A DNA stretch of 64,000 nt from assembly GCA_002353555.1 (NCBI GenBank), contig DEJO01000018.1:1572-65571 (forward strand), in the 5' to 3' direction. Below the pieces are notes generated by a model. That model did not search any database. It saw only the letters and a program-made list of their open reading frames with translations, and was not told the DNA's origin. This document shows, in pieces, positions 37,047-46,920 of the stretch. This stretch comes from Prevotella sp. UBA2746 (GTDB lineage Bacteria > Bacteroidota > Bacteroidia > Bacteroidales > Bacteroidaceae). The number at the start of each line of letters is the position of its first letter. The stretch's first letter is position 1. Both the position numbers and the translations under genes were made by a program.

Positions 37047-39053
37047 ATGAGTAAAATTCTACGCTATTCATTCATGAGCCTCCTGCTGATGTGTTGCGGA
37101 AGCATCTTTGCAGACGAGGCAACATTTGTGTTCAACACATCTGAAGGCTTGCAGGCCCTTGGCATTGCAGAACCAGAAGCTGGTGCTGGTACTGAATTGG
37201 GTAATGCCACTTATACTATTAATGGAGTAAGCCTGACTGCAACAGACGGCAGTACCAACACCCGTATTTGGAAAGCTTTAAACAAGAATACGGGAGTTAC
37301 TACCTTAAACTTGCGTGTGTACAAAAGCAACGCTACCAAGCCTGCAGGTACGCTGACGCTCTCAGCTGGTGACAAATACATCACAGAGATTGAGTTTGCA
37401 GGAACTGTAGAAATGGAAGCTGACGGTGGAAGTCTCGACGAAGCCACAAAGACTTGGAAAGGTTCAGCCAAAACGGTTGTCTTTACCGCTACAGCGACCA
37501 ATCAGCTCAACACCATCAAAGTGACTTACCAGGCTTCTGCCGGAGTAACCAAGAAGAATGCAGCACTTGCATTCTCTGCCGAGACCGTCAACACTGTTGT
37601 CGGCGAACCGTTCACCGCTCCCACACTGAGCAAGGCTACAACAGCCGCAGTGACCTACTCTTCTACCAACGCCAAGGTAGCTACCGTCGACGCAACATCG
37701 GGTGACGTCACCATCGTCGGTGCAGGTACAGCCAAGATTCGTGCCACGGTTGAAGAAAATGAGGAATACTATGGCGACCAGGCAGAATACCAGATTATCG
37801 CTACCGAACCCGTGAAGAGCGAGGTGACACTGCCCTACAGCGACCTGAGCAAGGGACAAGGCTCGTTCACGATTGACGACATCAACGTTCCGGATGGCAA
37901 ATATGTATGGCAATGGACAAGCTACATGAAAGGTAGCGGACTGAAGGATACCGAGACGGAGAGCGACCTGAAGTCACCCGTCATCGACCTCACTGGTGCT
38001 TCGAAGCCTGTCATGACCTTCTTGCAGTGCATCAACAAGTACTTCGGCAACTATGCTAACGAGGCTCAGCTCATCATCACCACACTCGAAGGCGGTGCCA
38101 TTTCCGACCAGGAAGTCATCGCTCTCGAAGCTCCCACCTTCCCGGAAACAGGTAACTGGTCTAACTGGAAAGACGAGTCTATCGACCTGTCAGCATACGT
38201 TGGACTGAAGATTCAGGTGACCTTCAAGTACAAGAGCACCACGACCAACTACGGTACATGGGAAATCAAGAACTTCAGTGTTGAAGACGAAAACGCACAG
38301 CCCGATGTCAAGACGGTAGAAAACATTGCCGGCCTGAGCGCACTCAACGCCAAGGACGACGCTACGCTGACGCTGACCAATGCTGAGGTAGCCAAGAAGT
38401 GGACTTCCAACAACGGCAACACGCAGATCTACCTCCGCGATGCTACCGGTGCCATCGAGTTCTATGTCACCAAGCAGTATGCAGCCATCGCAGAGAACTT
38501 CGTTGAGGGTGGCATCGTCAACGGTACCATCGACATCACATACGACATCTACAACCAGATGCAGGAGATTGTTCCCAACGCGAACACCAATGTCAGCAGC
38601 CTCACCTTCCAGGCTCCCGCAGGTGCTCCGGAGGCTAAGGCCATCGCCATTACCGACGTTGCTGCCAACCTGCACAACCTGGTTGCCATCAAGGATGTCA
38701 CCATCGAGATGGATGCTGTAGCAGCAAGAGGCAACAACGTTACTGCACAAGCTACCTTCTATGCCGCATCTGGCAGCGACCGCATACGCCTGTTCAACGG
38801 CTTCCACGACACCCAGTTCGACGACTTCAGCCCGTTCATGACCGGAACAGTCAACATCAAGGGTATCGTCATGAAGAGCGGAAGCCAATACGAGCTCTAC
38901 CCGACCGAGATTAGCAGCCCTACAGCTATCAACAGCATCAAGGCTGACAAGCTGAACGCCGACGCTCCGATGTTCAACCTTGCAGGCCAGCGCGTCAGCA
39001 AGAACTTCAAGGGTGTTGTCATCCAGAACGGTCGCAAGTTTGTGAACAAGTAG
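37047..39053 (+). CDS. Secreted multidomain protein (Ig-like, cleaved-adhesin-like and OB-like modules) with C-terminal sorting tail
   Basis: Signal peptide; YSSTNAKVATVD, LKSPVIDL, IDLSAYVG, YLRDATGAI; tail FNLAGQRV...GVVIQNGRKFVNK. Confidence 0.7.
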   Translation: MSKILRYSFMSLLLMCCGSIFADEATFVFNTSEGLQALGIAEPEAGAGTELGNATYTINGVSLTATDGSTNTRIWKALNKNTGVTTLNLRVYKSNATKPAGTLTLSAGDKYITEIEFAGTVEMEADGGSLDEATKTWKGSAKTVVFTATATNQLNTIKVTYQASAGVTKKNAALAFSAETVNTVVGEPFTAPTLSKATTAAVTYSSTNAKVATVDATSGDVTIVGAGTAKIRATVEENEEYYGDQAEYQIIATEPVKSEVTLPYSDLSKGQGSFTIDDINVPDGKYVWQWTSYMKGSGLKDTETESDLKSPVIDLTGASKPVMTFLQCINKYFGNYANEAQLIITTLEGGAISDQEVIALEAPTFPETGNWSNWKDESIDLSAYVGLKIQVTFKYKSTTTNYGTWEIKNFSVEDENAQPDVKTVENIAGLSALNAKDDATLTLTNAEVAKKWTSNNGNTQIYLRDATGAIEFYVTKQYAAIAENFVEGGIVNGTIDITYDIYNQMQEIVPNANTNVSSLTFQAPAGAPEAKAIAITDVAANLHNLVAIKDVTIEMDAVAARGNNVTAQATFYAASGSDRIRLFNGFHDTQFDDFSPFMTGTVNIKGIVMKSGSQYELYPTEISSPTAINSIKADKLNADAPMFNLAGQRVSKNFKGVVIQNGRKFVNK

Positions 39054-39098
39054 AAACATTTCCCGCCCCGACTCTTCTACCCTGAAGAGTCACCCCCC

Positions 39099-39138
39099 GC
39101 GCCCTGCCTCAACCCTCGGCAGGGCGCTCTTTTTTTAT
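39099..39138 (+). terminator. Rho-independent terminator
   Basis: gcgccctgcc-loop-ggcagggcgc followed by a T-tract. Confidence 0.8.
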
Positions 39139-39162
39139 GAAAGGACTTTGACCATTCAGACT

Positions 39163-39370
39163 GTAAAGCTTACCCATCCTCTCAGTAAACTTTGCTCATC
39201 CTCTCAGTAAACTTTGCTCATCCTCTCAGTAAGCTTTACTCATCCTCTCAGTAAGCCTTACTCATCCTCTCAGTAAGCCTTACTCAGCGCGTCAGTAAGC
39301 CTTACTCAGCGCGTCAGTAAGTTTTACTCAGCGCGTCAGTAAGCTTTACTCAGCGCGTCGGTAAATCTTA
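39163..39370. repeat. 22-bp tandem repeat array (~9 units), same family as 14803-14983 but inverted
   Basis: cagtaa recurs at 39183, 39205, 39227 ... 39337; units ttactcatcctctcagtaagcc and ttactcagcgcgtcagtaagcc. Confidence 0.92.
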
Positions 39371-39576
39371 TTTCTATTTTCTCACTTGTACTATAACTTT
39401 TTTTAAGAGTTGATTGCATACAACTTTAGTAAGAAGTTTGTAAATTTGCAATCACTACAGCAATCCGCAAGCAAACATGCACGCAGAAATTGCCTTACAC
39501 ATCAACGTCAATAACAAACAGCAGAAGATTGAAAATCAATACATTTATAACTTTTACTTAAACAAACAATTTCACT

Positions 39577-42500
39577 ATGGTAAACAAATTATTACGCTTT
39601 TCGCTCATCAGCTTGTTGACCATGTTCTGTACCAATAGCTTTGCGCAAGCTATCAATGTGATATGGGACTTCGGCGACGAAGCGACGATGAATGCTGTAA
39701 TGGCTTACAGCGGAACAACGGAAGCAGGAACCGTAACGAATAATGGTCTTACCCTGACCATCGAAGCTAACGGAGCCACATTCCGCAACAATGGCAACAA
39801 CATCCAGGTAAGAAATGGTGCCGTCTTCAAGGTGCCTGTACAGAGTACCGCTGACCAAGTGTCTGTCAGTGGCTATCCTGGCTACTCCAAGTTCTCCATT
39901 GGAAACTCCACCGAGGCACTGACGGGAGACCAGACGTACACCGCCAAAGCCATTGACGTGAAGAACGGCTATGTCGCCGTCACCTCTTTAGATGACAACA
40001 ACTACTATTACAGCATCTCTGTTGTCCAGCAGCCCAAACCTGCTCCCATCAAATTAGTGGACGAGGCAGCTACCGCTACCTTCCCCTTCGACTTGGGTAC
40101 AGACGGACAGAAGGCGACCTTCAGCACGGGCGACGCTGACTACTTCGTCAACAGCAAGGTGACCTATGGCAGCAACCTTAAGATTCTTGACAGCTACACC
40201 GTTGGCGGTATCACGGAAACTCGCTTCCAGCCCACTGCACAGAACGATCCTCCTACAGAGGTTGAAGCTATCCGCTTCCTGATTCAACCCAAGGCAGGCT
40301 TTGCACTCACACCTTCCAAGGTGTCATTCACCACAACCCGCTACGGCACTGACAACGGACTACTTGACATCTATTGGCAGAACCCTGACGGTACGACTGT
40401 CGAACTGGCAAAAGGTGTCAAACCAGCTCGCAACAGTGAGACAACGCCATATACCAACTTGTCATACGACATCACGGGAGCTACCGCTGGTGAAGGTGGT
40501 TGCGGCTTGCTCGTCTATCTGTACCACCTGCAGAATGGCAAGCAAATCGGTTTCTCAAACATCAAGATTGAAGGTACACTCAACGGTGAAGAGAAGGAAG
40601 TTCCTATCCTCGGTAGCTTCACGGCCAACGGTGTCAACTACATTGCCGACAACATCTTCTCTGCCGATGGCAGCAACTATGTCGGTGAGATAGAAGTTTC
40701 CAAGACGGAAACCATGATCAGTGCCGAGAACCCGCTCACCAACATCGAGGCTGTTCAGGGCGACCTGGGTGAAATCACCTACGAGGGCGACGCCACCAAG
40801 TGTACGGTAACTATCCCCATGATTGCTACTGATGTTTCACTGAACTATATCTTGAATGTCGTTCAGAAGCCTGACTATACGCTGACCTATTACAGCACCG
40901 ACGGCTCTGTGGTAGGCACCCAACTCGTTGAGAAGGATGCCGCTATCAGTGAGTTTACCTATGACTACTCTGTAGCACCGGCTGAAGAAGGCTACAAGGT
41001 GCGCGGATGGTATGAGAAGATCAGCGGTGGAAGGAAATACAAGGTTTCCGACATCATCACCAAAGACATCAAGCTCTTTGCCTATGCAACGGAGATTGAG
41101 GAGTCCAGCCCGTTCAAGAAGTACAACTACAAGCTGACCGATGCCGACTTTGAACCGGCAGACCACGAGGCTTTCAATCCTACAGGAAAAGCATACTTCC
41201 ATGACAACACCCACGGATGGGCATTCAAGAACGGCGACACCATCGAACTGCTCGTCGGCACAAAGGCTGACATCTTCGTGACCGTCTGCAGGTATGGTGC
41301 TAAAGACGGTATCATTGAGTACTATAATGGAAAGGACGAAAAGCTGGGTGAGGTCCCTGCTTATGTAGATGGAACTGACGGCGTTGTACAAGTCATCAAC
41401 TACGAGGGTGAAGCTGGCAAGCTTGTCCTGAAATTCGTATCCGGTGGTGAGAACTATGTGCACAATGTGAAGATTGTGAACAACGCCGAAACCAACTATG
41501 AGGCAGAAGGACAGTGGTACAAGGTGAAGGCTGGCGACGCCAGCAGCTTGCTTGATGTCATCGATGCCGTCAACGGCAAGAACAGTGCTGCCGACGCTGA
41601 GCGCGCTTTCGTCTTCCTGCCCAACGGCACTTACGACTTAGGCTATACCGTACTGACCAGCATCAGCGGTAACAACATCTCGTTCATCGGTGAAAGCCAG
41701 AATGGTGTCATCATCAAGAACAAGGCTGAAAAAGAAGACGAAGGTATCGGTACGACAGCAACGTTTGTCAACACCGGTAAGAACATCTACTTCCAAGACC
41801 TTACGCTGAAGAACGAACTCGACTACTACGGTGCACAAGCAGCTGGCCAGGCAGGAGGACGTGCCGTCTGCTTGCAGGACAAGGGAACGAACACCATCTG
41901 CAAGAACGTCTCTCTCCTCTCCTATCAGGACACCTATTACAGCAACAACAACGACATGAAGGCTTACTGGGAAACTTCTGACATCCACGGAACCGTTGAC
42001 TTCATCTGCGGCGGCGGTGACATTCGTTTCCAGGATTGTACGCTCTCACTGGAGAAGCGTAACGCCGACGGATCTGGCGGCAGAACCATCACGGCAGCTA
42101 CGACAACCACCAACTTCGGCTATGTCTTCGACGGCTGTAAGGTTGTTGACTTGGCAGCAGGTGCATCGAAGGCTGACTGGAACTTCAGCCGTACATGGCA
42201 GAACCAGCCCATCGTCATCTTCCTGAACACCACACTCGACAGCTATGCAGAGAAGAGCATCGTTGCCAAGCGGTGGACGGAGAAAGGTATGAACGGCACC
42301 AATCCGAAACAGTTCGGCGAATACAACACCGTGAACGAAGCTGGTAATAACATCACTCCGGCATCCAACACCATTGTCTCTCACGACAAGAACTCTTATG
42401 AGACGGTGCTCACCGCTGAGGGAGCTGCCAACTACACCTACGAGAAGATGTTCACCGACTGGAATCCGGCTGAACTGGCTGCACAGGCTGCTGCTCCCGC

Positions 42501-42915
42501 CAACGGCAAGCAGGAAGGCGACATCATCTCATGGGATGCTGTGGAAGGTGCTACAACCTATCTCGTAGAGAAGGACGGTGAGTTCCTCACACTGACCAAC
42601 GAGACATCGCTCAACGTAGCTGCACTCAGCTCGACTCCGTTTGCAAGAGCTACTGGTGCAAAGGCACAGACCACAGACGCTGCTCCTGTCTACAGCGTAC
42701 GCGCTGCCAACAGTCGCGGTGGATTCGGTGAGGCTACACTCATCGGCGAAAGCACAGCCATTGCCGAGGTGAACGCCTCCGGCAACAACGTTGCCAAGAC
42801 CGAGTACTACAACCTCGCCGGTGCCCGCGTCACCAAGAACTTTCAAGGCGCAGCCATCCAGGTTCAGAAACTGAACAACGGACAGAGCGTTGCCAAGAAA
42901 GTGATACTGAAGTAG
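39577..42915 (+). CDS. Large modular pectin methylesterase (CE8) with C-terminal sorting tail
   Basis: VFLPNGTY, GRAVCL, SYQDTYY, IHGTVDFICG, FSRTW, FGEY; tail YYNLAGARV. Confidence 0.9.
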   Translation: MVNKLLRFSLISLLTMFCTNSFAQAINVIWDFGDEATMNAVMAYSGTTEAGTVTNNGLTLTIEANGATFRNNGNNIQVRNGAVFKVPVQSTADQVSVSGYPGYSKFSIGNSTEALTGDQTYTAKAIDVKNGYVAVTSLDDNNYYYSISVVQQPKPAPIKLVDEAATATFPFDLGTDGQKATFSTGDADYFVNSKVTYGSNLKILDSYTVGGITETRFQPTAQNDPPTEVEAIRFLIQPKAGFALTPSKVSFTTTRYGTDNGLLDIYWQNPDGTTVELAKGVKPARNSETTPYTNLSYDITGATAGEGGCGLLVYLYHLQNGKQIGFSNIKIEGTLNGEEKEVPILGSFTANGVNYIADNIFSADGSNYVGEIEVSKTETMISAENPLTNIEAVQGDLGEITYEGDATKCTVTIPMIATDVSLNYILNVVQKPDYTLTYYSTDGSVVGTQLVEKDAAISEFTYDYSVAPAEEGYKVRGWYEKISGGRKYKVSDIITKDIKLFAYATEIEESSPFKKYNYKLTDADFEPADHEAFNPTGKAYFHDNTHGWAFKNGDTIELLVGTKADIFVTVCRYGAKDGIIEYYNGKDEKLGEVPAYVDGTDGVVQVINYEGEAGKLVLKFVSGGENYVHNVKIVNNAETNYEAEGQWYKVKAGDASSLLDVIDAVNGKNSAADAERAFVFLPNGTYDLGYTVLTSISGNNISFIGESQNGVIIKNKAEKEDEGIGTTATFVNTGKNIYFQDLTLKNELDYYGAQAAGQAGGRAVCLQDKGTNTICKNVSLLSYQDTYYSNNNDMKAYWETSDIHGTVDFICGGGDIRFQDCTLSLEKRNADGSGGRTITAATTTTNFGYVFDGCKVVDLAAGASKADWNFSRTWQNQPIVIFLNTTLDSYAEKSIVAKRWTEKGMNGTNPKQFGEYNTVNEAGNNITPASNTIVSHDKNSYETVLTAEGAANYTYEKMFTDWNPAELAAQAAAPANGKQEGDIISWDAVEGATTYLVEKDGEFLTLTNETSLNVAALSSTPFARATGAKAQTTDAAPVYSVRAANSRGGFGEATLIGESTAIAEVNASGNNVAKTEYYNLAGARVTKNFQGAAIQVQKLNNGQSVAKKVILK

Positions 42916-42939
42916 TTCATAGTGCATAGTAAATAGTGC

Positions 42940-42977
42940 AATCGGGCGGGAACAAATTGTTTCCGCCCGATTCTTTC
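42940..42977 (+). terminator. Rho-independent terminator
   Basis: aatcgggcgggaac-loop-gtttccgcccgatt-ctttc. Confidence 0.75.
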
Positions 42978-43075
42978 ATCACAAACAACATTTATTCCAT
43001 GAAAAAGTTTATGTGTTCAAAAAAACTTTGTAACTTTGCAGTAGTATAACTACACCCAGTTAAAGTCAAAACATT

Positions 43076-43276
43076 ATGGCAACTGCAATAGAACATATCT
43101 CATTAGAGGTTCCTTCTTTGGAGGTTTCTTTTCTACGCACACTATCCAAGAAAATGGGTTGGACCATGAGACGTCAACGTAAAAGTGGACTTCAAAAGGC
43201 TTTGGACGACGTGAAAGCAGGTCACGTGTACGAGGCCAAAGACGTTGATGACTTAATGAAACAACTAAACACATGA
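43076..43276 (+). CDS. Putative antitoxin of a YafQ-type TA pair
   Basis: 66 aa; C-terminal ALDDVKAGHVYEAKDVDDLMKQL is DinJ/RelB-like; ATGA overlap with the toxin gene. Confidence 0.7.
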   Translation: MATAIEHISLEVPSLEVSFLRTLSKKMGWTMRRQRKSGLQKALDDVKAGHVYEAKDVDDLMKQLNT

Positions 43277-43482
43277 AATACACCATCCTATATTCCGGAC
43301 GATTTAAAAAGTCATACAAGCTATGTAAACGTCGCGGATTGAACGTCAAGAACCTTGAAACAGTATTAAGGTTGCTGGCTGAAACGGGAACACTTCCTGC
43401 CAAATATCGCCCGCATATATTACATTCTTCACTCATCATTCATCATTCTCCCCTTCCTTCCTTTTTTCTCTTTAAAAAATGA
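43273..43482 (+). pseudogene. Truncated YafQ-family mRNA interferase toxin
   Basis: YSGRFKKSYKLCKRRG...LPAKYRPHIL, after which homology is replaced by heptamer-derived HSSLIIHHS; C-terminal ECHI.PDW / GTHS region absent. Confidence 0.78.
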
Positions 43483-43572
43483 TTTCCCACCTTAATTATT
43501 TGCACATTTTGAAAAATCTGTTTACTTTTGCAGAATGGAAACCAAATATTCACTAATCTAATAATAATTATT

Positions 43573-46500
43573 ATGTCGAAAAACCTAAAGAACATTGTTC
43601 GAATGGCGCTACTTTTCGTGTTCCTGCTCACAGCAGGATCCGCATCAGCGCAGCAGACAATCAAGGGTACAGTCGTCGACGCGACAGGTGAACCCATTAT
43701 CGGAGCTACGGTCAAGGAACCGAAGAGCAGTAATGGTGCCGTCACCGACCTCGACGGTAACTTTACCCTCAGTACTAACAGCAAGACCATCGAGGTCTCA
43801 TACGTAGGTATGAAGACCAAGACGGTCAACATTCAGGGTAAGTCATCCGTGAATGTGACTCTCGAAGACGACTCACAAGGTCTGAACGAAGTTGTGGTCA
43901 TCGGTTACACCACCGTGCGCAAGAGGGACTTGACCGGTGCCGTGTCGCAGGTGAGCGGAAAACAGATTGAAGACGTGCCGGTAACGAACGTCACCGAGGC
44001 ACTGACCGGTAAGATGGCTGGTGTGAACATCACCACTCCGGAAGGTTCCCCAGAGGCTGACGTAAAGATTCGCGTGCGTGGTGGTGGTTCTATCTCTCAG
44101 GACAACTCACCGCTCTACATCGTTGACGGATTCGAAGTAGCTTCCATCAACGACATCGCTCCCTCCGAGATTGAGACCATCGACGTGCTGAAGGATGCTG
44201 CGTCTACCGCTATCTATGGTGCCCGCGGTGCCAATGGTGTCGTTATCGTCACCACCAAGAGCGGTAAGGAAGGTGGCGTTCAGGTGAGCATGAACGGATC
44301 TATCGGCTGGCGCAAGATGACCAAGGAAGTAAAGGTCATGGACCCCTACAACTTCGGTCTGTACCAGTATGAGCTCAGTTCATCTTCACAGTTCAACACA
44401 ACGACATCTAACTATGGTTCATTCGCCGACCTCGACCTGCTGAAGGGTGTTGCAGGAACCAACTACCAGAACGAAGTCTTCGGCAGAACGGGTGTCCAGC
44501 ACGCTTACGACGTCAGCGTCAGCGGCGGTTCCAAGGATTTGAAGTTCAACGTCACCTACGCCCACAACGACCAGAAGGCCATCATGTTGGGTTCCGACTA
44601 CAGACGTGATAACATCAGTGCCAAGTTGAATGCAAAGATCAACAAGTGGTTGTCTATCGACTTCAAGGCTGCCTTGGCAAACGAGAAGCTCAACGGTCTC
44701 GGCTCTGGTGCCGACACCAACGAGTCTAACGCTGCCAACTCTATCGTTGCCCACACCGTTCGTTTCCAGCCGATTATGGGAACAGGTGCTGAAGACGAAG
44801 ACGAAGAGAATGCTTCTTCTACCCGTGTGAACCCGCTGGAGCGTATCCTCGGAACCTACAAGCAGAAGCGCACCTTCTCGCAGACCTACAACGGAGGTTT
44901 GACATGGAAGCCGTTCAAGGGCTGGACATTCAAGACCAAGTTGCAGTATCAGTGGAAGAACATCGACACCGACCAGGTATGGCTGGGCAAGGCTGCCACC
45001 AACTCTAAGTATGGTGACTCTGGTAGCCCACAGGCTGTATTGAGCTACGATGACAGAAAGACCATCAGCAACACCAACACCATCCAGTATGACAACAAGA
45101 AACTCTTCGGCGGACGCGACCGCATGACCATCATCCTCGGTCACGAGTGGAAGAGCACGAAACAGACACAGCGCGAAAGCGTTTCTACCAAGTTCAATAC
45201 GGATGCAACTGTTGACTATATCCTTGCCAACATGTCAGCAGCTGGCAACGTGAAGCCTAACTACTCTTACATCTATCCTGAGAACAACCTGCTCTCCTAC
45301 TTCGGACAGGTATTGTATACCCTGAATGAGAAATACCTCTTCAACCTTACTCTCCGTACTGACGGTTCCAGTCTGTTCGGTAAAGGTCACAAGTGGGGAT
45401 GGTTCCCGGCTGCACAGTTTGCATGGCGCATGAACGAGGAAGCCTTCTTGAAGGATGTGAAGTGGATTTCCAACTTGAAACTCCGTCTCTCTTACGGTAC
45501 CGCTGGTAACAACCGTATTCCTTCTGGTATCCTCGGCGTACAGTACAAGATGATGGGCAACACCGGCACTCACGCTTACTTCGACGAGAAGGAGACTCCG
45601 GCACTGGAGACTGTTGCCTACCTGCACAACCCGAACCTGAAGTGGGAGACCACCGTTACCCGTAACTTCGGTATCGACTACGGTTTCTGGAGAGGACGTG
45701 TCAACGGTAGCTTAGACCTCTACTGGAACACCACGAAAGACCTGCTGATGCGTGCACGCGTACAGAGTTCTTCAGGTATGCTCTATCAGTATCAGAACTT
45801 CGGACAGACCTCTAACAAGGGTATCGAGTTCTCCGCTAACGTAGTAGCTGTAGAGAGCAAGAACTTCACCTTGAATGCAAACTTCAACATCGCTTGGAAC
45901 AAGAACAAGATTGACAAGCTGACAACCGACGACCCATGGCAGAGCAGTAACTTCGCTGGTTCTACCTTCGGACAGTACAACGACTACTACCTGACAGAGG
46001 GCGGTGCTCTCGGTGAGGTATGGGGCTATAAGATGAATGGCTACTACAAGCCTGCCACCTTCGATGCTAACGGTACATTCACCGGACAGGCTGGTGACCT
46101 CCGTCTCGTAGGTACTGCATGGTATCCTGTTGATGCCAACGGTAATGCCATCAACAATGCTTCGGATTATCCTAACAAGAGCTACACCCTGACGGGTAGT
46201 GCACTCTATCCCGGTGGTCCTAAGTTCGAGGTCGACGCTAACGGTAACCCCATCAAGCAGAAGCTCGGCAACACCATTCCTTCTGTTACCGGAGGTTTCG
46301 GTATCGACGGACAGTGGCGCACCAAGTTCGGTACGTTCGACTACAACGTCTTCTGCAACTACTCTCTCGGCAACAAGATCATCAACGGTACCAAGGCTGC
46401 CAATGCGTTCTATGCAGGTTCTTCTGCTAACTACAACCTGGTATCCGACTTCAACCTGAACAACCGCTTCTCTTGGATTGACCCGACGACAGGTCTGAAC

Positions 46501-46896
46501 CTCGGCCGTCCGAGCGACAACACCATTGGTTCTGACTACTATGCCAATCCTATCGCCATCATGAACCGTCTGGCAGAAATCAACAGCGGCAAATCCATGT
46601 ACAACCCGGCAGCTGCCAGCACCATGGTCATCACCGACTATGCACTGGAGAAGGCATCCTTCCTGCGCCTGCAGAGCGTGACCGTTGGCTACACCCTTCC
46701 GAAGGCATGGGTAAAGAAGGCTTATCTTGAATCTCTCCGTATCTATTTCACTGCCCACAACCTCGCAACATGGACCAACTACAGCGGCTACGACCCAGAA
46801 GTCGACGTCAGCAAGAACCCCATGTGCCCAGGTATCGACTATGCAGCTTATCCGAAGAGCCGCTCCTACGTCATGGGTGTTAACGTAACCTTCTAA
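43573..46896 (+). CDS. SusC-like TonB-dependent transporter
   Basis: GEPIIGAT, EVVVIGY, IRVRGG, VLKDAASTAIYGARGANGV, LKWETT, C-terminal NVTF. Confidence 0.96.
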   Translation: MSKNLKNIVRMALLFVFLLTAGSASAQQTIKGTVVDATGEPIIGATVKEPKSSNGAVTDLDGNFTLSTNSKTIEVSYVGMKTKTVNIQGKSSVNVTLEDDSQGLNEVVVIGYTTVRKRDLTGAVSQVSGKQIEDVPVTNVTEALTGKMAGVNITTPEGSPEADVKIRVRGGGSISQDNSPLYIVDGFEVASINDIAPSEIETIDVLKDAASTAIYGARGANGVVIVTTKSGKEGGVQVSMNGSIGWRKMTKEVKVMDPYNFGLYQYELSSSSQFNTTTSNYGSFADLDLLKGVAGTNYQNEVFGRTGVQHAYDVSVSGGSKDLKFNVTYAHNDQKAIMLGSDYRRDNISAKLNAKINKWLSIDFKAALANEKLNGLGSGADTNESNAANSIVAHTVRFQPIMGTGAEDEDEENASSTRVNPLERILGTYKQKRTFSQTYNGGLTWKPFKGWTFKTKLQYQWKNIDTDQVWLGKAATNSKYGDSGSPQAVLSYDDRKTISNTNTIQYDNKKLFGGRDRMTIILGHEWKSTKQTQRESVSTKFNTDATVDYILANMSAAGNVKPNYSYIYPENNLLSYFGQVLYTLNEKYLFNLTLRTDGSSLFGKGHKWGWFPAAQFAWRMNEEAFLKDVKWISNLKLRLSYGTAGNNRIPSGILGVQYKMMGNTGTHAYFDEKETPALETVAYLHNPNLKWETTVTRNFGIDYGFWRGRVNGSLDLYWNTTKDLLMRARVQSSSGMLYQYQNFGQTSNKGIEFSANVVAVESKNFTLNANFNIAWNKNKIDKLTTDDPWQSSNFAGSTFGQYNDYYLTEGGALGEVWGYKMNGYYKPATFDANGTFTGQAGDLRLVGTAWYPVDANGNAINNASDYPNKSYTLTGSALYPGGPKFEVDANGNPIKQKLGNTIPSVTGGFGIDGQWRTKFGTFDYNVFCNYSLGNKIINGTKAANAFYAGSSANYNLVSDFNLNNRFSWIDPTTGLNLGRPSDNTIGSDYYANPIAIMNRLAEINSGKSMYNPAAASTMVITDYALEKASFLRLQSVTVGYTLPKAWVKKAYLESLRIYFTAHNLATWTNYSGYDPEVDVSKNPMCPGIDYAAYPKSRSYVMGVNVTF

Positions 46897-46920
46897 TCAT
46901 CATTAAAAACGAATAGAATA

